A stretch of 64,000 nucleotides of DNA from Myxococcota bacterium (GTDB taxonomy: Bacteria; Myxococcota_A; SURF-8; G963677705). Below are positions 18,523 to 28,800 of this stretch, piece after piece. Both the position numbers and the translations under genes were made by a program. The first letter of the stretch is position 1. Every line of letters begins with the position of its first letter. Location: the NCBI GenBank assembly GCA_963677705.1, contig OY782497.1, positions 1,900,774 to 1,964,773 on the forward strand, given 5' to 3'. Below the pieces are notes generated by a model, which saw nothing but the letters and a program-made list of their open reading frames with translations, had not been told where the DNA came from and did not search any database.

Positions 18523-18768
18523 GGTGATCGTTTGTCCGCCTGATTGATTGCGCTCTTGGGTGAGATATCGAGGAGCGAGAAGCATCCATAGTCATCAAGA
18601 CCAGAGGACAAGCCCCTTCCTTCCTCCAAAACACCGCGTGTAAAAGCGCTCTCACTTTGCCAAAGAAGCAGAACCCTGGCAAGCTATTTGATGCGCGGCA
18701 GAGCGACAAAAACAGGCTCTTTCCTTCAAACCAGGAGAGAGCCTGTGAAACGAGGTCTTCGTCCGTGC

Positions 18769-19542
18769 TTAGATGGTTTCCCCTCCGTCCACGGTCAACA
18801 CGGTTCCGGTAATCAGGCTGGCCGCTTCGGAACAGAGGAAGGCCACGGCCTGGGCTGGTTCGCGTGGTTCCCCGATACGGGGAATGGCGTGGGTTTTCAA
18901 CACTTCATTCAAGACTTCTTCACTGGACCATAAGGCCGCGCTGAAGTCCGTTTTAATCAAGCCCGGCGCGACGGCGTTGACCCGGATACCACGCGGCCCC
19001 AACTCTTTGGCGAACACCTTGGTCAAGTTGATCACCGCCGCCTTGGATACCGAGTACAGGCCAATCAGGGGCATGGGGGTAATCCCCGCCACGCTGGCCA
19101 GGTTGACCACCGCACCACCGCCGTTTTTTTCCATGTGGGGCACGCATTCTTTGATGAAACTGTAGTAACCCACCACGTTGGTGGTCAGGATCTTGGTAAA
19201 GATTTCCTCATTGCTGTCAATGATGAACCCGAACTGCGGATTGGTCGCGGCGTTGTTGACCAAGAAGTCGATGCGCCCCAGTTCGGCGGCCACCTTGGCA
19301 ACGGTTTCCCGAATGGCTTCGGTTTTACCGGCATGGCAGGCCAAGGGAAAGGCCTTGACCCCAAACTCCCCGCGAATCTCTTCCGCCACGGCATCCAAGG
19401 CTTCTTGCTTGCGACTGATCAGAGCGACGTCCGCTCCCAGCCCGGCAAGCTGTCTGGCGATCTCTTTTCCAATACCCCGGCTGGCTCCGGTTACCAGAGC
19501 TACCTTCCCTTGAAGATTCAACTGTTCTTTCATCATCGTCAC
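18769..19542 (-). CDS. SDR-family oxidoreductase (FabG-like 3-oxoacyl-ACP reductase family)
   Basis: GKVALVTGASRGIGKEIA (TGxxxGIG Rossmann motif), NNAA, and the catalytic YSVSKAA (YxxxK). 257 aa. Confidence 0.85.
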   Translation of the reverse strand: MTMMKEQLNLQGKVALVTGASRGIGKEIARQLAGLGADVALISRKQEALDAVAEEIRGEFGVKAFPLACHAGKTEAIRETVAKVAAELGRIDFLVNNAATNPQFGFIIDSNEEIFTKILTTNVVGYYSFIKECVPHMEKNGGGAVVNLASVAGITPMPLIGLYSVSKAAVINLTKVFAKELGPRGIRVNAVAPGLIKTDFSAALWSSEEVLNEVLKTHAIPRIGEPREPAQAVAFLCSEAASLITGTVLTVDGGETI

Positions 19543-20006
19543 CTACATCGAAAAGGGTTTGGTTGATCTCATCTGCGCGAGGCAATGTAGCACGAAAACG
19601 GGGTAGAATCAAAACCCAAGCAAGCCCGGACCAGGAATCGCCCGGCGTATCCGGGTAAGAATGGCAAGCCCCTGCTGAGTCGAGCCGTCCTATCCTGTCA
19701 CGACCGTTAGGATACCTCAAGCTCTTCCCTGTAGCCATCGCCTTGGATGACGATTCACTATCAAGCCCATGCCTACGGAGTCCGGCGTTTTCTCGTTGCG
19801 TCCAGGGTGGATTCATGATACAAAATCTGCGGGAATGTTTGTCCTTGAAGCAACGGCAAAGTGCGCTTTCTTTTTATGCAAATTTGACTTAATTTTAGGT
19901 CGGGTGTATACTCTGCACCGTATTTGCGGAACAGTGTTGACCAAGCCGTATCAGCCCCAAGGCTACGTCTAATTGGTAGACTATCGACATAGGAGACCGG
20001 CTAACG

Positions 20007-22544
20007 ATGGGAACTTTGCTAGTTGTGGATGACAGTCGTACCATCCGTCAAGCGGTACAAATGACCTTTCAGAATACGGGTATCCAGGTTTTGGAGGCGG
20101 ACAACGTTCCGCAAGGCCTGGACATTCTTCGTCAACAGAAACCAGACATGGTGTTGGTGGATCTTGTCATCCAGGGTGACGCGGAAGCCGGCTTTTCCTT
20201 TGCCGAACAAGCCTTGAGCGGAAGCCAGACAGGCCGTATTCCGATCTTCATTCTCTCTGGAAAGAACCGCAACGTAGACAAGAAGCGGGCGAAACTGATC
20301 GGTGCCAAGGTGTTTATCAAGCCCTTCGACACCCAGGATCTCATCGACCTGGCAGAGCTGACCATTGCGGAAAGCGATCAGAAGCAAAGTTCGGCTCCCG
20401 CTCCGGGTTCCCCAACTCAAAACGCGATGGAAGCCGCTTCCGCGCCTCGCATGACCATGCAGATGAGCGCTTTCAACCCCGATGCCATTGCGGCACCGGC
20501 AGACCCCTTCGGTGTTCCTGCGGCCCCAAAACCCACAGCGAGCATCCCAGCAGCAGCTCCGATGCCCGATCCTTTTGCCGCTCCGCCTCAGCAGGCTCCG
20601 GCAGCAGACCCCTTCGCGGCTGCGCCTCAACAGACTCCGGCGGCAGATCCTTTCGCCGCTCCGCCTCAGCAGGCTCCGGCAGCAGACCCCTTCGCGGCTG
20701 CGCCTCAACAGGCTCCGGCAGCAGATCCCTTCGCCGCTGCACCTCAACAGGCTCCGGCGGATGATCCCTTCGCTTCTGCACCTCAACAGGCTCCGGCAGC
20801 AGATCCCTTCGCCGCTGCACCTCAGCAGGCTCCGACAGCAGACCCCTTCGCCGCTGCACCTCAACAGGCTCCGGCGGAAGATCCTTTCGCTGCTGCACCT
20901 CAGCAGGCTCCGGCAGCAGACCCCTTCGCCGCTGCACCTCAACAGGCTCCGGCGGAAGATCCTTTCGCTGCTGCACCTCAGGCCGACCCGGTGGAGATGG
21001 ATGGCGACGATCTGGAGATTATGGATGACTTGGAGGAAATCGAAGAAGTCGAAGCTATCGAACCGGAATTGGAACAAACCAATACCCCGGTGGAATTCGA
21101 CGAAGGCGATTTGGACCTGATCGAAGACGATCTGGAAGAGCCGGATTACCAAGACATGGTCACCACGGATGACGTTGTGGCCGAAGCCGCTCCGGCAGCA
21201 GACCCCTTCGCGGAAGACGACCCCTTCGGCCCTCTACCGGACCCGCCCTCTACGCAGAAAGCGGAACCGATCGCCGATCCCTTCGCCGGATTGGATCAGG
21301 CTCCTATTGAAGAACCCCCTTTGGAGGTTGCTCCCAAAGACAGCCCCAAAGATCCCTTTGCCGGATTGGCCGATCCCGGCTTTGACGACGAGCCGTTGGA
21401 AACCCACGCCAAAGCTCCCAACGATCCCTTCGCCGGACTGAACGAACCGGAACCCGAACCGGAGATTCCGGAGGTAGAGGCCGAGCCGGAGGAATTGGAC
21501 GCCGTCGAGTTGGAAGAGGAACCCGCCGAGGCGATGGAGATTGAACAGATCGACCCGGAACCCATTCCGGACATTGACCTGGAACCCGGCCCAGACGCAG
21601 AGTTGGAGGTCGAAGCACTGCCGGAATTGGAAAGCGTGGATCTGGATGAAGACGCCGCGGAACCCATCCCCACGGAGTCCGAGCAACCCGTTCCCAACGT
21701 CCCTATTCCCACCCCGGAACCGGTTGATGTACCGGAACAATCCGCTCCTCTGGAAGTGGAAAGCCAAAGCATGGCTGAAGCGCAGTTCTTCGCCACCCAG
21801 ACCCAGACGGTTAAGGCTCCCGTGCTGACCGATCCCAAAGCCCAGCCTGTGGAACCGGTTCCGGCAGAACCCATTCAGGAATCCGCAAGCGATGCTCTGG
21901 AGTATGAGAGTCCCGTTCGCATCACCGACGCCAGCCTGGAAGCGCATGGCGATGGTGACAATGGTGACTTTGTGGATGCTGCTCAGATCATGGCCCTGAT
22001 GCGTAAAGTCCTGCGTGAAGAACAAGCCCAGGCTCCGGCAATGGCCGCCCAGGCCGCTTCCGCGCCTTCCGCTGGAGTGGACATGAATGAACTACGCGAT
22101 GTCGTCCGCAGCGTTGTTCGCGACGAAATGAAAGCCAACCAGACGGCTCCTGCCGCGCAGGCTGTGGATACCGTGGCTCTCTCTGCGGCCTTGTCTCAAA
22201 CCGTGAAGGCCGAACTGGCCAAAATGCCTGCACCTCAGGCTGCGGCCCCCGTGGCTTCAGACAAACTCTCGGATGGCCAGATGCGCACCATCGTCAAGGT
22301 GGTGGCTGAAACCGTTCATTCCGTGGTGCAGGGTGAAATGACCAATGCCCTGGCGAAACTGCCTGCCCCCAGTGCCTCTGCCGGTGGCGGCGGCGGCGCG
22401 GATCTGACGACCATCCGTCAAGCCATTCAAGAAGAGATTGGCCAACTGATGAGCCAGAAGATTGAAGCCATTGCCTGGGAGGTGGTTCCCAAGATGGCGG
22501 AAACCATCCTCAAGCGGGTTATCGCCAAGCAACAGCAAGGCTAA
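20007..22544 (+). CDS. Response regulator (N-terminal receiver domain) with long Pro/Ala-rich tandem-repeat and poly-acidic regions
   Basis: MGTLLVVDDSRTIRQAV...DMVLVDLVIQGD...KPF is a CheY-like receiver with phospho-acceptor Asp. Then ~10.8 tandem DPFAAAPQQAPAA repeats, a D/E-rich stretch with further DPF(A/G) motifs, and an Ala-rich C-terminal region. 845 aa. Confidence 0.8.
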   Translation: MGTLLVVDDSRTIRQAVQMTFQNTGIQVLEADNVPQGLDILRQQKPDMVLVDLVIQGDAEAGFSFAEQALSGSQTGRIPIFILSGKNRNVDKKRAKLIGAKVFIKPFDTQDLIDLAELTIAESDQKQSSAPAPGSPTQNAMEAASAPRMTMQMSAFNPDAIAAPADPFGVPAAPKPTASIPAAAPMPDPFAAPPQQAPAADPFAAAPQQTPAADPFAAPPQQAPAADPFAAAPQQAPAADPFAAAPQQAPADDPFASAPQQAPAADPFAAAPQQAPTADPFAAAPQQAPAEDPFAAAPQQAPAADPFAAAPQQAPAEDPFAAAPQADPVEMDGDDLEIMDDLEEIEEVEAIEPELEQTNTPVEFDEGDLDLIEDDLEEPDYQDMVTTDDVVAEAAPAADPFAEDDPFGPLPDPPSTQKAEPIADPFAGLDQAPIEEPPLEVAPKDSPKDPFAGLADPGFDDEPLETHAKAPNDPFAGLNEPEPEPEIPEVEAEPEELDAVELEEEPAEAMEIEQIDPEPIPDIDLEPGPDAELEVEALPELESVDLDEDAAEPIPTESEQPVPNVPIPTPEPVDVPEQSAPLEVESQSMAEAQFFATQTQTVKAPVLTDPKAQPVEPVPAEPIQESASDALEYESPVRITDASLEAHGDGDNGDFVDAAQIMALMRKVLREEQAQAPAMAAQAASAPSAGVDMNELRDVVRSVVRDEMKANQTAPAAQAVDTVALSAALSQTVKAELAKMPAPQAAAPVASDKLSDGQMRTIVKVVAETVHSVVQGEMTNALAKLPAPSASAGGGGGADLTTIRQAIQEEIGQLMSQKIEAIAWEVVPKMAETILKRVIAKQQQG
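20568..20990 (+). repeat. Coding tandem repeat, 39-bp unit x ~10.8 (DPFAAAPQQAPAA) inside response-regulator gene
   Basis: Near-identical 39-nt units (gatcccttcgccgctgcacctcaacaggctccggcagca and variants) are repeated head-to-tail. Individual units differ by single-codon substitutions (A/P, A/T, A/E, A/D). Confidence 0.85.
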
Positions 22545-22570
22545 AGCCTGATCTTTCACGAGCCAATCAA

Positions 22571-22599
22571 GGCCGGGAGTTTTCCCGGCCTTTTTCTTT
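22571..22599 (+). terminator. Rho-independent terminator after response-regulator gene
   Basis: GGCCGGGAgtttTCCCGGCC followed by tttttcttt, 27 nt after the stop at 22544. Confidence 0.6.
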
Positions 22600-22629
22600 G
22601 CCAGCCTACCCGTCTTTGTTATGAACCCG

Positions 22630-22705
22630 GCAACAACAAGTTAGACGAAGCATCAACTTTGTCATTCCCGCGGAGGCGGGAATCCAGATTAAATTCAGTA
22701 GACCG
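22630..22705. repeat. Second copy of the REP-like element (inverted relative to 13125-13200)
   Basis: caacaacaagttagacgaagcatcaactttGTCATTCCCGCGGAGGCGGGAATCCAGattaaattcagtag. An adjacent hairpin gtcgggcaaggaatttgcccgac lies at 22706-22728. Confidence 0.6.
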
Positions 22706-22755
22706 TGTCGGGCAAGGAATTTGCCCGACCTACGATTCTACGATTCCTTGGCCAT

Positions 22756-22783
22756 GAAAAACGGGCGGCTCAAGGCCGCCCGT
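22756..22783 (-). terminator. Rho-independent terminator after the giant ORF (minus strand)
   Basis: Read on the minus strand: ACGGGCGGC-cttga-GCCGCCCGT followed by TTTTTCATGG. It sits about 30 nt downstream of the giant gene stop at 22813. Confidence 0.55.
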
Positions 22784-22812
22784 TGCTTGGGTTATCAGGT
22801 TCAAAGAATGGC

Positions 22813-25800
22813 TTAGGGACGCGGAGAGGTTTTGCCGCAGCGGAAACCAATGTAATCGGCTCCCAAGCCCGGCAGCATGTAACCGCGATAGAAGGCGCGG
22901 GTTTCCGACAAGCCGGAGTTCCACGCACCACCACGGAAGACCTTCCGGTCGCAACCTTCCACGCAGATGGGATCACCACCGCAGCGAGTCAAACAATCCG
23001 ACTTGAGATCCAGCACCGGGTTGTCGGCAGGATCGCCGCTGATGTTGGTCGGATACGGTCCGTAGTAATCTTCCACCCACTCCGCCACGTTGCCGGCGAG
23101 GTTGTAGACCCGGACACCGTTGTAGGTGGCCGTACCATCGGAACCGCCAGAGCCATAACTGCTCACGCTTTCCGGATATCCGACGAGGTTGTTGTAGTTG
23201 AGCCTGTCGTCATCCATCGTGTCGCCCCACGGCCAATTGGTGAAGGTTCCACCGTGGATCGCCCACTCGAATTCGTGTTCCGTCAACAGACGCATCCCGT
23301 TATGGCGACAGTACTGCTTGGCCTGTTCATGGGTAACAAAGACCACCGGAGAATTGGGACTACTTGTATAGTAGTTGTTCACCTGATTGAACGGGTCTTC
23401 GTTCTCCGGGTCACCTTCACAACCAACGGCACAATAGCCACTGGTAGAGCAGAAGGTTCCGAAGCCATCACAGACCGGATCATACGGATTGCTTGCAGTA
23501 CAAGGATGCGCCAGGTCTTCGGCGAAGGCATTGGCACAGGCCCGGTATTCGCTGTTGGATACCTCTTTTTGCAGGATGTAGAAACTATCCACTGTGGCAT
23601 AGTGTTCCAATTCATCATCCTGGTGGTAGGGGTCCGTGCTTTCCGAGCCGAAGCGCTCGTCTTCCGCTCCCGGTACTACCGCAGCGCCATCCGGTGCCAT
23701 ATCCACGCGGATCTTGTAATGGTAGACACTACTCCAGGCGTTGTAACTAACGTTAGACCCGTTAAGGTTGTTGTTCTTCACCCGGATGTGGAAGTACCAC
23801 TCCCCGTTCTCGATGTTGCTATACTTGAACGACGGGTTTCCACCGTGGAGAATCAGACTTTCGGTATTCACCGATGTACCGGGGTCGCCGGTGGGGTTCT
23901 GGTCCAGTGAGAAGCTGTACCCTGCGATACGGCTGGCCACGGTACCACCACCAAGCTGGTCTTCCGCCGGAATCCAGTAGAACTGCGGATCATCGGCATC
24001 ATCGGTGGTGTCTGCGGCATCACCGGCGAAGCTGTACCAGGTATCCGAGTTCGGGTGCGTGTTGGAATAGACCACGCTTCCGTCCAAGCTGGGCGGCGTA
24101 CTGTCAATGCGGATTTCAAAATGGGTCACGTCACCCCAGGTACCAGTACCATCCTGAGCCCTTACGTTGAAGTAATTGATACCCTGAGCCAAGGCTCCCG
24201 CCGGACTGATTGTGGTTCCCGGACTAGAGTAGTCATCGCATGTTTCATCTGGATCATTGGGGTTAACCTGACTCCAGGTATAACTGTAACAGGTGATCCC
24301 TGAACCATCCGTCGCCTCATAGTTCACCGTGGCTGTGGTGGAATGAGAATACCAGTAGCCTTGGGTGGGGTGTGACGACGTCACGGTCGGTCCCGGTGGC
24401 TCCGTAGTATCAATCAGCACGCAGTAGGTTTCAATAGCGCCCCAGGTACCGGCAGCGTTTTGTCCTCTCACTCTGAGGTAGAAGTTACCGTCCGCTCCGG
24501 TATCAATGGTCAAGCTTGCCTGGTCCGTTATCGTGCTGGGAATCGCCGCTGGACTCCCACTGAAGACGTATTGCCAGTGCTCAATGGGGGCCGTATCAGT
24601 CAACGTCCAGGTGAACGTCGCCTCACGATCCGCAACCGGCTGCGGACACTGCACATGATGGGGAGCATCCCCCGCAATCACCGGCGCACCGGGGGCGGTG
24701 GCATCCAAGTTGAATTGGAAGTGAGCAACTTCACCCCAGATTCCCGCACCGTTACGGGCGCGGACATGGAACCAATGCGTCCCATCAGCCAGGTTGGATA
24801 GAGTCACACTGGCCGTATTGGTCAGGGTATCCGTTCCCGGATTGACCGTATCCGTTGCGCCCGCGCTCACTTTGTAGGCATAACGGTTACTCGCATACAA
24901 GCCGGAAATATCGCTGACCGTCCAACTGAATTGAGGGTCGTTGCTGTCATACCAGTTGCTCTGCACCGGATGGGTAGAACTACTCACCGTTGGTGCCACC
25001 GGGCCGGTGGTATCCACATTCACCTGAATGGTTTTCGTATCACCCCAGATACCGGACTGGCTCGCGGCACGGACATGGAAGTACCAAGTGCCATCGGCTT
25101 TGGCGTCCGGGCTGGTCCAGCTACGGATACTGGTGGTTTCTGCGACCTCATCCGGGATGGTTCCCGCAGCCTGATCCAGCACGTAGCTGTAACCGCCGAT
25201 ACCAGAGGTCGAGATCCCTTCGTTCCAGGCGAAGGCCGGGAAGCTGTCATTGTACCACAGGACCGGGTCGGGATGGCTGGTTGACCAGACATCATTCACA
25301 CCCCAGGTCGGCGCGGAAGTATCGATATGCACCAGGAAGGTGGCCGTCGGTCCCCAGAGATTGGCCCCGTTCATCGCCTTGATGCTGAAGCAATATTCAC
25401 CATCCGGCTGAGTGAGGAAATCAACCGAGGTAGACGCGCCCTCTCCCGTGGTGTCCGGCGTCTGACAGGTTGTACCGGAAACCCAGGTGTAGCTGTATTC
25501 AATCACACCGGAGGTATCAGTCAGACCGGACCATTCCAGGTGAACATCCTGGGCGTTGTACCAGTTGCTCTGCACGGGATGGCTACTGGAGATCACTGTC
25601 GGCATACCCGGAGCGGTCCCATCCACACGCAGGCGGTAGTGAGCCGGATCACCCCACATCCCGGCCTTGTTCAAGGCGCGGATATGGAACCAATGTTCAC
25701 CATCCGACAGACCGGTCAGGTATTCCGAAGTCACCGTGGAACCACCATCCATGCTTTCATCCGGCGTGGTGGAAGAATTGGTGTCCAACAGCCAACTATA

Positions 25801-28800
25801 GCCGTCAATCCCACTGTAGGAACTGGCAGACCACATCAGCGTACTGTCACGATGCTCGTACCACTGATCCTGGTCCACATGCGGCGTTGCGGTAAGGCTG
25901 TCTATCGTCGGCGGTTCACCATCGATACGGATGATCCATTCCGCACCCGGCCCGGCCTGCCAACCGTGCTGATCCCGCGTGGTGACACGCCAGTACCAGG
26001 TACCGTTGGGGATATCGAAGGCCGGTGTCCAGGACGCTGACGTCACCCAGCCGCTCTGGTAATGGGTTCCGTTCCCACCCGGCGAGCTGTAGACATCGAA
26101 GTAATAGTATTCGGTATCCCCGCTGTCCACCGTGTTGGATGCGATGTTGGCGTCGGTCACCGGCGTCACCGCCAAAGTGGGCCGGAAGCTGGTAGCCCAG
26201 GAACCCGAAACCGGGCTCAGGTTGTTCGCCACGGGGATTTGGATATTGGTATGGAAGTTCAGATCATAGTCTGCCCAGGCCGTGGTTCCGTTGAAGTCCG
26301 AGGCAGCGGCGGCGATGTCATTGTCTTGAATGTCGCCATAGCTACCCGGCGTCAAGGTCCAGCGGAAGAGCAGGGTCAGTTGGTTGCCGTTATCCGCATA
26401 GCTGGAGGTCGGCGCACTGAGCATCACGCGGTCATTGCCGTTGTCTCCGTTTTCACTAAAGCCGACATCACGCACCCACTTGAAGCTACCGCGAGCATTC
26501 TGCCAGGTTGCACTGTCTTGACTGATACGGATCTCAACATCCTGGATGTTGGTGGAGCCGTTCAAGTCGCTGACCACCACCGTGGCTTCCTGATAGTCAA
26601 TGCCGTCCACCTTGACCACGGTCTTGCTCACCGTGACATCGTCAATTACCGGCGCGGCGTTGATCTTCACTTTGTAGTGAGCGGCACTACCCCACACGCC
26701 GATACCGTTTTGACACTTGACATGGAAGTAATAGATGCCCGGAGCCAGGTCGTTGTAGGTTTCCGAGGTAGACCCATCGGGTGTACTCAGACTGGCCGGG
26801 GTCGTCGTCGCGGTTTGATCCAGCGTGAAGCTATAGCCGTTCACACCGGAGGGCGAACTACAGGACCAGGTGAATTCCGGATCGTTATCATCATACCACT
26901 GGGATTGATCCGGGTGGGTGGGACTGGCAACCACCGGGATGGTTCCGGTATCGATACGGATCTCAAAGTGAGCCGTCGGTCCCCAGGCACCGCTGGGTTG
27001 CGCCGAGTTCAAGCTGCGCACATGCAGGTACCAGGTGCCGTTGGCCACATCCGTATAGCTGGCAGAGGTCACATTGCCCATGCTGCTGGCAGCCGGTTCA
27101 TCCGTGGCGTTCTGGGTGAAGGTCCAACTATACGCAGCCACACCGGACTGAGTCAGCGCATCCGTTCCCGGCGTCCAACTAAAGACCGGATCGTTGTGGT
27201 TACGCCAGCTTGGTGGCGCGGGATGAGTGGAACTGCTGATTACCGGCGCGTCCGGCATATTATCAATGCGCGTGCGGTAATGGGCCGTCGGTCCCCACAC
27301 ACCGGAATTGCTTTGGGCGCGAACGTGGAGCCACCACTCACCGTCAGCCAGAATTCCGCTGGTGTAGCTGGTCACATTGCCTTCGGTGGTTTCATCCGCC
27401 GCTGTGCCGGAACTCTGATCCATATGGAAGCTGTAACCAGCCACACCGGAAACGCTGTTTGCCGTCCAGGTGAATTGCGGCTCGTTGTTCACATACCAGT
27501 TGGCCTGGTTGCCGTGGGTCGCGCTTGTGACCACCGGCGCTTCCGGACCGCTGTCGATATGCACCACAAAGTGCTTCGCCGTTCCCCACATACCGGCTTC
27601 GTTCTTGGCACGGATGTGGAAGTACCAAACCCCATCTGAGGTAGCAGACAAAGATACCGTGGTGTTCACGCCCTGGCTAGTGGTGTTCGGTGTCGTTGTG
27701 GGAGACGTGTTGAACACGTAGCTATACCCGGCAATCGGTGCGGTATCCGTTGCGGACCATTCAAAGTCCACATTCCAGGAGGAATACCAGGTACCGATAT
27801 CCGGATGGCTGGAAGAACCGAGGGTTGCGATCACCGGCGGCGTGCGATCCATGTTCATCTGGAAGTGACTGGTGTCGCTCCAGGTGCCATCGCCGTTCAC
27901 CGCACGGATATGGAAGTACCAGATGCCATCGGTCAAGCTGTCAAAGGCGTGTTCCACACCGGCTTCCATGTTGGTTTCAGTGGGAATGGTGGCGGGAGCC
28001 TGATCCAGCACCCAGCTATAACCATCCACTCCGGTTTCCGCATCGGTGAACTGCCAACTCACGGTACCGGCATTGTAGGGATACCACCTGGCTTCATCCG
28101 CGTGTGGAGTTGCCGTCAAGTCAACCAAGACCGGCGGGGTCATATCCGGGCTGCGCATTTCCACTGCCGTGGTCATGTGGGCCGAGACGTTGCCCGCAGC
28201 ATCCACCGCATCCACCTTGTAGTACCAGGTTTCGCTGTTCCCCACCGTATGGGTGTAGGAGGTGGTCGCCAAGCCATCAGCCAGACGGGAACCGTACATT
28301 TCCACTTCGATAAGGTTGGCCTGATCGTTGTAGCTGTTGATCTGCGTTTCCGTCGAACCATCGAAGCCGATACGGATCTGCTTGGAGGTAACCGGCGTGA
28401 AAATCATGCTGGAATAGCCGTGATCCGCCCTGAACCCACGCAGTTCCGTAAAAGAACCGCCACTGTATATCTCAATATTCTGACGGCGATAGATGCGATC
28501 ATCGCTATCCAGGAAGTGCAAGCTCACTTTGGAGATGTCAGCCTCACTGACCCTGTAGAATGTTACATACTTCAAACTTGACGGGCTGTCACCGGTCCAG
28601 AAGGAGGTGATGCCATGATCGCCATCATAGGCACGGGCGAAGTTGGAACCCCAACCACTACCGCTTGTCACCAGGTTGTCCAGGTCCGAGGCCGTCTGGC
28701 TGGCATACACGTTGTAGCTGACGGCATCGGGAACCGGATCCCAACTTAGGCTGATCTGTCCCGCGGTGGCGCTGGCGGCCAGGTTACCCGGCACGGACGG

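Noticed and set aside
16351-18543. Plus-strand ORFs (434 aa at 16351-17655, 287 aa at 17680-18543) opposite the Ser/Thr kinase gene
   Set aside because: Antisense to a gene with complete kinase catalytic motifs. The translations are Arg/Gly/Gln-rich with no motifs.
20568-20990. Possible CRISPR-like periodic repeats
   Set aside because: The 39-bp units are contiguous with no spacers and lie in-frame within a protein-coding gene, so this is a coding tandem repeat. No repeat-spacer arrays or cas genes are seen in the window.
20019-21618. ORFs on both strands inside the response-regulator repeat region (e.g. 20019-21152 minus, 20482-21120 plus)
   Set aside because: They are created by the 39-bp tandem repeat being open in several frames. 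Only the frame continuous with the N-terminal receiver domain is credible.
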